The translations under genes were made by a program, and so were the position numbers. A stretch of 64,000 nt of DNA from an uncultured Pelagimonas sp. (GTDB lineage Bacteria > Pseudomonadota > Alphaproteobacteria > Rhodobacterales > Rhodobacteraceae): assembly GCA_947499735.1 (NCBI GenBank), contig CANMPP010000006.1, forward strand, positions 100,966-164,965, given 5' to 3'. The notes under the pieces were generated by a model, which did not search any database, was not told where the DNA came from, and saw only the letters and a list, made by a program, of their open reading frames with translations. Every line of letters begins with the position of its first letter. Within the stretch, counting starts at the first letter, position 1. This document shows, piece by piece, positions 9,716 through 18,674 of the stretch.

Positions 9716-9830
9716 GGGTCTCTCCTAAATTTCAGTCTTGGCAGTGGCCAAGCATGGGCCGGAAATGACATTTCCTGATGGTAATTGTCAACTATTCTGT
9801 GAGGGGGGGATCCAGCCGTGAAACGATCAA

Positions 9831-10691
9831 TTAACTGCCCAGAAACAGGCCATTGCCCCGGTGCCACGCGTCCACATCAAACGCAACAGTTTCGCCAAAA
9901 TCGACGGCTTTGTGGGTGTCTGGCAGATCGCTCAGAACGATGCGGGCGTTTTTAACCGGCATAACATCTTGTGTTGCCAACCAGTCGGTAGGCGGCAGCA
10001 GGGTGCTCTGCTGTTTCGTGACATTCCAAATATAGTAATGGCAAGGAATGGTTAGCCTTGGGAGAAGGCGGCGTTGGATCGCGGCGATATGGTCATAGCT
10101 GAGCACATGTTGCGATCCATCAATGGGAAGAATTGCGACATCAATATGCCCCAGCCGTTCCCAAACATCTTCGGGCGGATTATGACGATTGTCGCCCCAA
10201 TGTAGGATCCTCAGGCCGCTGGTTTCAATCAACATCAGACAGTTGTCCCAACTGCGCCCGTTGTCGGGTGGCACCATGTTGGGTTTGCCAAAATATGTGG
10301 CCAATCGGTGCATGTCATAAGGGGCTGCTTGATCGTCAATTGCATGTTTGTCCGCAATGCCCGTGATGCGTAAATCGCCCAGTTCGTAGGTGCCGATCAG
10401 GCGATCTAAACCAACCGAGGCATCGACCAAATGCAATGCGTCATGGTCAAAATGCGCATGCGTGGACAGGGCAATGTCAGCGCGTGTTGGCGGAAAATCG
10501 TGGAAAAACCAATCCATGCGGCCTGACGGATGATTGCGCCATGGATCAATCATGACTGTGATGCCCGCGGCTGTGGTTAAACGGAACGCGGAGCCTCCAA
10601 AATAGTCCAGTGTCACTGGGGCGTTGCCGGTTTTGGGGGTGAGCAACCGGTTATGGTTCGTGTTCCGTTGCCAAGAAAGCGCGCCACTCAT
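9831..10691 (-). CDS. MBL-fold metallo-hydrolase
   Basis: HxHxDH-type motif STHAHFDHD. It is the last gene of the sugar operon. Confidence 0.75.
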   Translation of the reverse strand: MSGALSWQRNTNHNRLLTPKTGNAPVTLDYFGGSAFRLTTAAGITVMIDPWRNHPSGRMDWFFHDFPPTRADIALSTHAHFDHDALHLVDASVGLDRLIGTYELGDLRITGIADKHAIDDQAAPYDMHRLATYFGKPNMVPPDNGRSWDNCLMLIETSGLRILHWGDNRHNPPEDVWERLGHIDVAILPIDGSQHVLSYDHIAAIQRRLLPRLTIPCHYYIWNVTKQQSTLLPPTDWLATQDVMPVKNARIVLSDLPDTHKAVDFGETVAFDVDAWHRGNGLFLGS

Positions 10692-10846
10692 AAGGTTTGC
10701 GTCACTTTGGATAGATGGGCCGGACTGTCTGGGTTCAACCCTTTTGCCCGAGCGGTACGTTCAAGGGCACCATACAGCATAACCAATCCTTCCAAAGATG
10801 AGGTTTCGCGAGACATCACCGTTTGAGACGCTGAAAGGGCCGGCAT
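10688..10846 (-). CDS. Candidate 52-aa micro-protein (hypothetical)
   Basis: The ATG at 10846 lies 1 nt after the PfkB TAA stop, with GGAG about 10 nt upstream. Its TGA stop overlaps the MBL ATG (ATGA). Sequence: MPALSASQTVMSRETSSLEGLVMLYGALERTARAKGLNPDSPAHLSKVTQTL. I recognise no family. Confidence 0.3.
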   Translation of the reverse strand: MPALSASQTVMSRETSSLEGLVMLYGALERTARAKGLNPDSPAHLSKVTQTL

Positions 10847-10847
10847 C

Positions 10848-11738
10848 TTAGGACTTCTCCATAGATGACAGTGTTGCGATTTTATGGAGGCCTTGCGCCC
10901 CCCCAACATGTTGGACGGCTGCCGCGCCGCATGTGTTGGCCATCTTCAGGCAGGTTTGAAAGTCGGAACCTGACAGCCATTGGGTCAGGAAGCCGCCATT
11001 GAATGCGTCTCCTGCCCCTGTTGTATCTACAGCCGTGACGTTCAATGCTGGTTCAGATATCCAGGTGGATCCATCCCATAGTTTTGCGCCTGTGCTTCCC
11101 AATTTTATCGCCGTTAAGGGAAGGCGTGCGATATTCAGACCGGATGCCATCAAGCCTTCAAATTCGGATTGGTTGGGAAGGAAAACATCCACCTGTGAAA
11201 TCAAGTCACTCAGGGCTTTGCCATCTGCAATCAGGTCGGAATCCCAACCGCAATCGCACGACACTGTCAGACCCGATGCATGCGCGCGTTCGCATAAGTC
11301 TGGTTTTTCGATCAAAGTACTGAGTTCGCCAATATGTAAATGTCCAAAATGCCCCTTTGCCAAATTGGTCTCTGGCGCAGGATCCCCAGATTGGTGGGTT
11401 AGAAAGGCACGGTCCCCGCCCATAACCGTTGCAACTGTAATTTGGGGGGCAGCGCCCTGTGGGCTGTCGACGCATAAGGAATTGTCGATGCCAAATTTCT
11501 GCATCGCGTCGCGGATCACCATGTCAAATGGTGCAGCGGGTAGAGTTGCCAGAATAGACGTTTCCCACCCAAGGGTTGCGATTGTCGCAGCCGTGATAAA
11601 CGCGCCACCGCCTGCATGTAGCGATAGATCATCAGAGAACACTTCTTGTCCCATCACGGGCATATTGGGCAGGCCGGTGAAAATCAGATCGCAATAGACC
11701 CGACCGGTACATAAGATCGGAAAAGGTGTCTGTTTCAC
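10848..11738 (-). CDS. PfkB/ribokinase-family sugar kinase
   Basis: C-terminal ribokinase-family motif DTTGAGDAFNGGF. It overlaps the upstream ATPase gene by 4 nt. Confidence 0.85.
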   Translation of the reverse strand: MKQTPFPILCTGRVYCDLIFTGLPNMPVMGQEVFSDDLSLHAGGGAFITAATIATLGWETSILATLPAAPFDMVIRDAMQKFGIDNSLCVDSPQGAAPQITVATVMGGDRAFLTHQSGDPAPETNLAKGHFGHLHIGELSTLIEKPDLCERAHASGLTVSCDCGWDSDLIADGKALSDLISQVDVFLPNQSEFEGLMASGLNIARLPLTAIKLGSTGAKLWDGSTWISEPALNVTAVDTTGAGDAFNGGFLTQWLSGSDFQTCLKMANTCGAAAVQHVGGAQGLHKIATLSSMEKS

Positions 11739-12793
11739 TGAACCGCTTCCCCTGTTTCACCGTCAAATACATGCAAGTTGTTCGCGGCAACCGATAGGGT
11801 CACGCGTGTTCCCACGTCAGGCGGCGTGCGCCCATCCGCCTTGGCGATCACTTCGCCGATTTCTGTATCGACATAGATCAAAGTTTCAGAACCCAGCGGT
11901 TCTTGTACTGTGACAACACCGGATAGGATTTGCAGCGCATTCGGGTTTATCGTCAGATCATCAGGACGTATGCCGACATGAACGACACGTTGCGTCGTTG
12001 CTGCTAGGTTCGTGTTGATGCGCTGGCCATTGTCCAATGTTAGACCGGTTGCGGATAAGGTGCCCGGCACCATATTCATGGAAGGGGCGCCGATGAATTG
12101 CGCAACAAAGGCGTTGGCGGGTTTGTGATAAACGTCTGCGGGCGTGCCAACCTGCTGGATATGACCGTCTTTCATAATGACGATCCGGTCCGCCATAGTC
12201 ATCGCTTCGACCTGATCATGGGTGACAAAGACAATCGTGTTGCCGACGCGCTGGTGCAGCTTTTTGATCTCAAGACGCATCTGCGTGCGCAATTGTGCAT
12301 CCAAGTTTGATAGAGGCTCGTCAAAAAGAAACACGGCCGGGTCGCGCACCATTGCCCGTCCGATGGCCACACGTTGTCTTTGGCCGCCTGACAATTGGTT
12401 CGGTTTGCGGTCCAACAGATGCGTCATATCTAAAATATGCGCGACTTCTGCGATGCGTTGCTCTTTTTCGGGCTTGGACAATTTGGAAGAGCGCAGGCCA
12501 AAGGCAATGTTTTTGCGTACCGACATATGCGGATAAATGGCGTAATTCTGAAACACCATCGCGATATCGCGGTCTTTGGGTTCCAGATTGTTTACGACGC
12601 GATCTCCGATGGTGATTGCGCCGCTTGTGATGTCTTCTAAACCGGCGATCATCCGCAATGTGGTGGATTTTCCACAGCCAGATGGCCCGACAAACACGAC
12701 GAATTCCCCATCCGCCACATCGAGATCAATACCGTGAAGAACCTCGGTTTTATTGTAGGCCTTGGTCAGTTTGCTGAGAGAAAGTTTGGCCAT
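11735..12793 (-). CDS. Carbohydrate ABC ATP-binding protein, UgpC/MalK type
   Basis: Walker A GPSGCGKST, signature LSGGQRQR and Walker B FLFDEPLSNLD, plus a C-terminal MalK-like regulatory domain. Confidence 0.9.
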   Translation of the reverse strand: MAKLSLSKLTKAYNKTEVLHGIDLDVADGEFVVFVGPSGCGKSTTLRMIAGLEDITSGAITIGDRVVNNLEPKDRDIAMVFQNYAIYPHMSVRKNIAFGLRSSKLSKPEKEQRIAEVAHILDMTHLLDRKPNQLSGGQRQRVAIGRAMVRDPAVFLFDEPLSNLDAQLRTQMRLEIKKLHQRVGNTIVFVTHDQVEAMTMADRIVIMKDGHIQQVGTPADVYHKPANAFVAQFIGAPSMNMVPGTLSATGLTLDNGQRINTNLAATTQRVVHVGIRPDDLTINPNALQILSGVVTVQEPLGSETLIYVDTEIGEVIAKADGRTPPDVGTRVTLSVAANNLHVFDGETGEAVQ

Positions 12794-12795
12794 TT

Positions 12796-14280
12796 TCAGG
12801 TCTCCACATAGGTCTTAAAGGCCGCTGTCAGGCATTCCTGTGCGGCTGTGTGGCGAATGGTGCGCGATTGGCGTTGTGCGGCCAGTGCTGCGTGACGTTC
12901 GCGATATTGTGCGATCGCATCATCCATCGCGTGTGGCGCTGGGCCTCCGGGTCGGTTGCGGATGGTTACGAAATGGCGGGCGGATGTGACTGTTTTAAAG
13001 CGGTCTTCGGTTAGGGCGCTGGGGCGTCCTATTTCGGCCTCGAATGCTGCGCGAAATGGCGCAAAGCCTGACCCCAAAGATGTGCCATCGGCTATGACGG
13101 ATTTGGCCGTATGTGCCGCAATTTCATGGGCTTGGCGGAATGTCAGGCCGTCTTCGCGCACCAATGTATCGGCCAGCTCCGTGATCGTAATACAGGCGGC
13201 ATCGGTGTTTTGGGCCACGCGATCTATGTTGATCTGACATGCGGGCAAAAACGCCGTCAGAAGATCGATCATGCGCATGCCAGAGGCAAATGCGCCATAG
13301 CCTGCCTGCTGAACTTCGCCTTCGCTATCATTCATGTCGGTGAAGGGGGTGTTGTGCATCGTATTGATGACCATGTCACATCGACCTGCGGATACGCTGG
13401 CGAGGTGACGCATATGTTCAATGGGCACAGGATTGCGTTTTTGCGGCATGATTGAACTGATCTGCACCAGACTGTTGGGCACGTAGAGCTGCCCAACTTC
13501 AAACGCCGCCCAATACCCCATATCCTGAACGACACGCCCTAAATGCACGAACACCAGTTTCAGCGCGCTATATAAGGCTGTTACGTAATCCACGCTGGCA
13601 ATACAGCCATAGGCGTTCAAAAGCGGCGCTTCAAATCCCAATAGATCCGCCATCCTTTGCCGGTCTATGGGAAATCCGCTGGTCGTAATCGCGGCGGCCC
13701 CCATTGGGCAATGTTCCAGCCCGTCCGCTGCAGCGTTTAGGCGTTCCATGTCGCGTTGCAGGACTTCGATCACAGCAGATAGGTAATGGCCAAAGGTGCT
13801 CGGCTGGGCTGGCTGGCCATGGGTATAGGCAACGATTAGGGTTTCTTTTTCAACATCAGCCTTGTCGATTAATGCGGATGCCAGGATCTCTAACTTTTGC
13901 AACATGACATGCGCGTGATCGCGCAGCGCAAGTTTAAACAGCGTGTGATCCATATCATTGCGGGACCGTGCCGTGTGCAAGGCACCACCCAGATCACCAA
14001 GCCGGTCCCGCAGCGCGGCTTCGACCACAAAGAAATAGTCTTCGTATTCACCCGTATAGGTTAGGCTGGCGATATCGATGCTGGCGTCGATATCCATCAA
14101 TGCCGTCGCAATGGATTTCGCGTCTTGCAGTGACAAAATATCTGTTTCGGCCAGCATCACCAGATGGGCGCGGTTGATCTGCGCCATATGTGTCGCGAAA
14201 TGGGTTTTGACGCCCTCAAACAAAGGGGCAAGCACCGTATCGCGATAGGTGGGGTCTGGGAATTTTGTGGTGTCGATCAT
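12796..14280 (-). CDS. Argininosuccinate-lyase-like enzyme (fumarate-lyase superfamily paralogue)
   Basis: All three conserved superfamily regions are visible: HTARSRNDM, YTHGQPAQP and ISSIMPQKRNP. I place the start at the ATG at 14280 (MIDTTKF...). The track ORF extends into the permease gene. Confidence 0.8.
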   Translation of the reverse strand: MIDTTKFPDPTYRDTVLAPLFEGVKTHFATHMAQINRAHLVMLAETDILSLQDAKSIATALMDIDASIDIASLTYTGEYEDYFFVVEAALRDRLGDLGGALHTARSRNDMDHTLFKLALRDHAHVMLQKLEILASALIDKADVEKETLIVAYTHGQPAQPSTFGHYLSAVIEVLQRDMERLNAAADGLEHCPMGAAAITTSGFPIDRQRMADLLGFEAPLLNAYGCIASVDYVTALYSALKLVFVHLGRVVQDMGYWAAFEVGQLYVPNSLVQISSIMPQKRNPVPIEHMRHLASVSAGRCDMVINTMHNTPFTDMNDSEGEVQQAGYGAFASGMRMIDLLTAFLPACQINIDRVAQNTDAACITITELADTLVREDGLTFRQAHEIAAHTAKSVIADGTSLGSGFAPFRAAFEAEIGRPSALTEDRFKTVTSARHFVTIRNRPGGPAPHAMDDAIAQYRERHAALAAQRQSRTIRHTAAQECLTAAFKTYVET

Positions 14281-14288
14281 TACAATGC

Positions 14289-15161
14289 TCAGCCTTTCAG
14301 TCCGGCCATGACAACGCCGCGAATGATGAAGCGTTGGAAAATCAGGAAAACGATCAGGGTTGGAATGGTTGAAATGGCCGCTCCGGTCATGATCAGTTCC
14401 CACGCAACATCGGCTTCATCGCCAAAGCCGGACAACCCAACCGGGATCGTGTACATTTCTACCGAATTGGTGACGATCAATGGCCATAGAAACGCGGTCC
14501 AGTTCCCCAAGAAAACAAATATCGCAAGAGCGGCCAATGCGGGTTTGACCAAAGGCATGGCCACGATCCACCAAATTTGAAGCTCGTTTAACCCGTCAAT
14601 CCGTGCAGCTTCTAGGAAATCATCGGGCACGGATTCAAAGAACTGTTTCATCAGGAATGTGCCAAAAGCCGTCATCAAACCGGGGAACATAATGCCCCAA
14701 TAGCTGTCCAGCCAACCAAAGGATTGGCTCATCAAATACCATGGGATGACCAACATTTCTGTAGGGATCATCAGTGTTGAAAGGATCGCGATGAACACGA
14801 TTTGGCGGCCGGGAAATTTGAATTTGCACAGTGTGTAGCCAACCAAACTGTCAAAGAGCAGGTTAGATATGGTGGTGATCACCGCAATGATGATGGAATT
14901 CATGAACCAAAGGTAGAACCGCCCATCTTCAAGAACATAAGTATAGTTCTCAATCGTCGGCTCCTCTGGGATCAGGTTCACATTGTAGACCTCATGCGGC
15001 CATTTCAAAGAGGTCGAGATCATATAGGCGATCGGCATGATCATCATTATGCCGCCCAAGAACAGCAGGACCCAACGTAGGATCTGCCCCATGTTTTTAG
15101 GTTTGGACGCGGCGCTCTGATCCAAAACAGCGGCGGTTGGGCGGAGGTCGGTTGCAGTCAT
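14289..15161 (-). CDS. Carbohydrate ABC permease (MalG/UgpE-like)
   Basis: 290-aa polytopic ORF with an EAA-like loop (EAARIDGLNELQIWWIVAMPL). Confidence 0.85.
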   Translation of the reverse strand: MTATDLRPTAAVLDQSAASKPKNMGQILRWVLLFLGGIMMIMPIAYMISTSLKWPHEVYNVNLIPEEPTIENYTYVLEDGRFYLWFMNSIIIAVITTISNLLFDSLVGYTLCKFKFPGRQIVFIAILSTLMIPTEMLVIPWYLMSQSFGWLDSYWGIMFPGLMTAFGTFLMKQFFESVPDDFLEAARIDGLNELQIWWIVAMPLVKPALAALAIFVFLGNWTAFLWPLIVTNSVEMYTIPVGLSGFGDEADVAWELIMTGAAISTIPTLIVFLIFQRFIIRGVVMAGLKG

Positions 15162-15162
15162 A

Positions 15163-16056
15163 TCAGTCGCTCCGCAGCAGGCGCAGTTGGATCAACGACA
15201 CAACCAGCAATATCAGGAAGAGGACAACGGTTTGGGCTGATGCATAGCCCATATCAAATCCGTTGAAGGCGGTGTCGTAGATCATCAAAACCAGTGGTTT
15301 GGTCGCATTCAAAGGCCCGCCGGGATTGTTGGTGGTCATGTTGAAGACGTGATCAAAGATCCGCAAAAAGCCGATGGATGAAAAAACCACGATGAAAACG
15401 ATGGTTGGGCGCAGCAAGGGGATCGTGATCTGGGTCAGGATTGTGAACCAACCAACACCGTCTATTTTGGCCGCCTCATAATAGCTTGTTGGAATGGCGC
15501 GCAGGCCAGCCATGAAAATGATGACCTGAAATCCCAGCCCTGCCCAGACCGCAGGTGCCAAAACGGCGGGTAGGGCGTTGGTTGTAGAGTTCAAGAATTC
15601 AATCTGAGGAATGCCAATGCTGGCCAGCATATTGTTGAACAACCCAATCGGGACGCCCTGATAGAACCAGCGCCACACCCATGCCATTGCGACGGCGGAG
15701 GTCATGAATGGCAGGAAGTAGAGCATACGCAAAAATCCATGCATGAACCGCAATTTATCCAGATGGTATGCGATTAAGAAACTGAGGAATAAGGAGATGG
15801 GTGTGCCAATCAAAAGATAGGCGAACGTGTTTTTAAAGACTTTCCAAAAGACCGGATCATTCCAAAGTTTGATGTAATTGTCCCAACCGGTCCAAGTGCG
15901 TTTGCCCAGCAGGTTCCAGTCTTGGAACGAGATCAGAAACGCATTTCCTGTCGGGTAGAACCGGATAATTCCGTAGAACAACACAGGCAAAGCTAAGAAA
16001 GCCCATGCCCAAATGATGTGTTTCTGGCGGATGGTGAGGTTTGCATAAATTTGCAT
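15163..16056 (-). CDS. Carbohydrate ABC permease (MalF/UgpA-like)
   Basis: 297-aa polytopic ORF with an EAA loop (EAAKIDGVGWFTILTQITIPL). Confidence 0.85.
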   Translation of the reverse strand: MQIYANLTIRQKHIIWAWAFLALPVLFYGIIRFYPTGNAFLISFQDWNLLGKRTWTGWDNYIKLWNDPVFWKVFKNTFAYLLIGTPISLFLSFLIAYHLDKLRFMHGFLRMLYFLPFMTSAVAMAWVWRWFYQGVPIGLFNNMLASIGIPQIEFLNSTTNALPAVLAPAVWAGLGFQVIIFMAGLRAIPTSYYEAAKIDGVGWFTILTQITIPLLRPTIVFIVVFSSIGFLRIFDHVFNMTTNNPGGPLNATKPLVLMIYDTAFNGFDMGYASAQTVVLFLILLVVSLIQLRLLRSD

Positions 16057-16090
16057 GATCTGGCCTAGGGCAAAGCGACGTCAAAAGGGT

Positions 16091-16116
16091 GACCAAAGCG
16101 CGGATGCGCTTTGGTC
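16091..16116 (-). terminator. Intercistronic hairpin between the binding-protein and permease genes
   Basis: GACCAAAGCGC-GGAT-GCGCTTTGGTC forms a perfect 11-bp stem with a 4-nt loop. Confidence 0.5.
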
Positions 16117-16128
16117 TGTGTTGCGAGG

Positions 16129-17382
16129 TCAGTCGTAGTAGTCGTCGAGGATCTTTTGTTCTTCGGCCACGGCCACAGCTAGGCTGTCTTCCAATGGTTG
16201 CCCTTCGATATCTGTCCGGGCGACCAGGTCGACCAAAACCTGACGCTGGGCGGATTCATTGGCGAATTTAGTCGTATGGGCGTAGGCGAGGCCTCGAATG
16301 AAGGGGCCGTAGGTTGGATCATTGGCATTGCTTTCGGTCAAACCGACCGATGGTTTTGCCGGCAGTTCGCCAACCACGTCCAGCCAGACCTGCATGGCGT
16401 CATCGGACGTGATGTATTGCATGAACTTGACCGCAGCGTCGTATTTTTCGCCCTCGGCTTTTGTTGTGATGCCATTGACCCAATAGGATGAATAGTTGGA
16501 ACGCACACCGTCACTGGTGGCTGGCAGCTCTGTTACACCCCATTTCAGGCCGCGGACACCGTTTAGGGATCCAATCCGGAAAGACCCGTCAATATGCATG
16601 CCTGCGCGGCCTGCTTTAAATGCGGCCTGTGGTTCGTCCATAAAGCCGGATGCCGTGACTTCGTGTACTTTTTCCAGATCGGTATAGAATTTCAAGGCTT
16701 CCATGCCAGCATCTGAATTGTAGTTCACGGTGTGGTAGTCATCCAGATAGGGTTCGCCGCCGAACTGGCGCACCAATCCTTCACGGAACCAGTGGTGGTC
16801 CTGCGCGGTCATTCCTGTTGTGATGCCCACCTGCGTTATATTGCCTGCGCCATCTTTCTTGGTCAGCTTTTTGGCGACCTCGATAAATTCATCCAATGTT
16901 TCAGGAGGCGATTCAATTCCGGCCTCGTCAAACAGGCGTTCGTTATAGAAAAGAGCCAGTGAGCGAACAGCGGTGGGCAAAGCGTAATAAGCGCCGTCGC
17001 CTTTCATCGCCTGAACCATTGGGAAAAATTCAGCATCAATTGTTGCAGGATCAAACACATCTGCTGGCAGCGGCTGGATCAGCTCGGCGGCGATGTAGTC
17101 ATTCAGCCATCCGTAGAAGAGTTGCACAACATCTGGGCCTTCACCTGCAGGAATCGCGGCAGCCACCTTGGTGCGATAGTCTGCGTAGGGAAAATGTGTC
17201 ATTTTGACTGTGATGTCTGGATTTGCTGCCTCGAAAGATTCGATCAACTGTTCCATCGCCGTAACTCGGGCGTCAAAGAAGTATTGCCAATATTCAATTT
17301 CCACAGCGTCTGCGGATGACGCGAATAGAGCGGCAGCACTTGTCACGCTGGCCAGCACAAGGCCGTTCCATTTCTCAAGCAT
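16129..17382 (-). CDS. Extracellular solute-binding protein, family 1 (CUT1 sugar type)
   Basis: 417 aa with a signal peptide (LASVTSAAALFASSADA). It is the first gene of the operon. Confidence 0.85.
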   Translation of the reverse strand: MLEKWNGLVLASVTSAAALFASSADAVEIEYWQYFFDARVTAMEQLIESFEAANPDITVKMTHFPYADYRTKVAAAIPAGEGPDVVQLFYGWLNDYIAAELIQPLPADVFDPATIDAEFFPMVQAMKGDGAYYALPTAVRSLALFYNERLFDEAGIESPPETLDEFIEVAKKLTKKDGAGNITQVGITTGMTAQDHHWFREGLVRQFGGEPYLDDYHTVNYNSDAGMEALKFYTDLEKVHEVTASGFMDEPQAAFKAGRAGMHIDGSFRIGSLNGVRGLKWGVTELPATSDGVRSNYSSYWVNGITTKAEGEKYDAAVKFMQYITSDDAMQVWLDVVGELPAKPSVGLTESNANDPTYGPFIRGLAYAHTTKFANESAQRQVLVDLVARTDIEGQPLEDSLAVAVAEEQKILDDYYD

Positions 17383-17424
17383 TTTAACTCTCCTGTTGAA
17401 TTTAATTTATTAATTGACGTTTTA

Positions 17425-17464
17425 TTAACTCAACTTGCTTGAGAATTCAAGTCACTTGAGTTAA
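17425..17464. promoter_or_regulatory. Nested inverted repeats, candidate ROK-regulator operator, in a 91-bp divergent intergenic region
   Basis: Outer arms TTAACTCAA...TTGAGTTAA (9 bp, perfect) enclose the inner pair CTTGA-GAAT-TCAAG. The element lies 10 bp from the ROK ATG and 43 bp from the SBP ATG. Confidence 0.45.
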
Positions 17465-17473
17465 TATACCCTT

Positions 17474-18664
17474 ATGACGACTTCACAATCACTTCCAGCA
17501 ACCGCTTTAAGCCCAAAATCTGAGCGCACACGCAGTCGGAACCGGCAGGCTGTGCTCAGTCAAATTCGCCAGCGCGGGCAAGTTGGGCGTGCCGCCATTG
17601 CGCGTGCTTTGGGTATATCCACGCAGGCGGTCAGTAATATCATATCGGATCTGCAGGCCGATGGCATGTTGGTCGAATGCGGGGTGCACAGCGCTGGGCG
17701 TGGATTGCCTGCGATGCAATATGGGTTGAACCCGTCTGGCGGATACGCGTTGGGGATTGAAGTACGTCCTGATGTTTTGATCACCATCCTTTTAGATCTG
17801 GCTGGTGCGCCCGTAGCGACGCTGCGCCAACCGCTAGATGACCACGATCCAGCTGCAGTTCTCAAGCATGTTGAGACGCTTTTAAAGCGGATGCTTGATG
17901 TGGCCCAAATTGATGCCAGCCGCGTCTTAGGTGCCGGAATTGTGCTGCCGGGGCCGTTTGGGGACACAGGCCTAAGCGGGTTGGGTCCTGTGTTGAAAGG
18001 CTGGCAGGATGTGCCGACCGCTGAATTGTTTGCGACGGTTCTGGATGTGCCGGTTGAAGTGTCAAATGACGCCAATGCCGCAGCTCTTGCAGAGCGGTTT
18101 GAAGGTGTGGCCAAAGATCTTGATCACTATGCGTATTTGTATTTTGGTGCCGGTCTTGGCCTAGGATTGGTGTCACAAGGGGCCTTGATTGGGGGGGCTT
18201 TTGGCAATGCTGGCGAAATTGGCCATTTGCCGATTATGACCGCTCAGGGCATATGCCCGCTGGAACAGGTTCTTAGCCGCGATGCCGCGCGTCGTTATCT
18301 GAATTGTGACGCGGAATTGGATGTTGATCGGCTGGCTGAACTGTTCGAGGCACAAGACCCCAAGTTATTTGCGTGGCTAGAACAAGCAACAGACGCATTA
18401 AGCCAAGCTATTGGTGTCATCGAAAATTTCTTTGATCCGCAATCGATCGTTTTGGGTGGTGCAATGCCACCCGCTATTTTGGATTATTTACAACGCAACA
18501 CGGTACTTCCGGACCTGACCGTTTCAAATCGTGTAGATTCCCAATGGCCAAGGCTACAAGTTGGCGATGCCGGACGTCTTACTGCGGCGCGGCGCGCGGC
18601 GGCCATGGTTTTGAACCGTGCTTTTACGTTGGATAATCAAACGCTCCATCATTTTAATGCCTAA
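17474..18664 (+). CDS. ROK-family transcriptional regulator
   Basis: N-terminal winged-HTH (GRAAIARALGISTQAVSNIISDL) followed by a ROK sugar-kinase-like body. It is divergent from the sugar operon. Confidence 0.85.
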   Translation: MTTSQSLPATALSPKSERTRSRNRQAVLSQIRQRGQVGRAAIARALGISTQAVSNIISDLQADGMLVECGVHSAGRGLPAMQYGLNPSGGYALGIEVRPDVLITILLDLAGAPVATLRQPLDDHDPAAVLKHVETLLKRMLDVAQIDASRVLGAGIVLPGPFGDTGLSGLGPVLKGWQDVPTAELFATVLDVPVEVSNDANAAALAERFEGVAKDLDHYAYLYFGAGLGLGLVSQGALIGGAFGNAGEIGHLPIMTAQGICPLEQVLSRDAARRYLNCDAELDVDRLAELFEAQDPKLFAWLEQATDALSQAIGVIENFFDPQSIVLGGAMPPAILDYLQRNTVLPDLTVSNRVDSQWPRLQVGDAGRLTAARRAAAMVLNRAFTLDNQTLHHFNA

Positions 18665-18674
18665 ACGGTGAATT

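Noticed and set aside
9716-9830. Cobalamin riboswitch upstream of the BtuF/FecB-like binding-protein gene.
   Set aside because: The intergenic region is only 115 nt, and I could find no B12-box-like core. It is too short for a cobalamin riboswitch aptamer plus expression platform.
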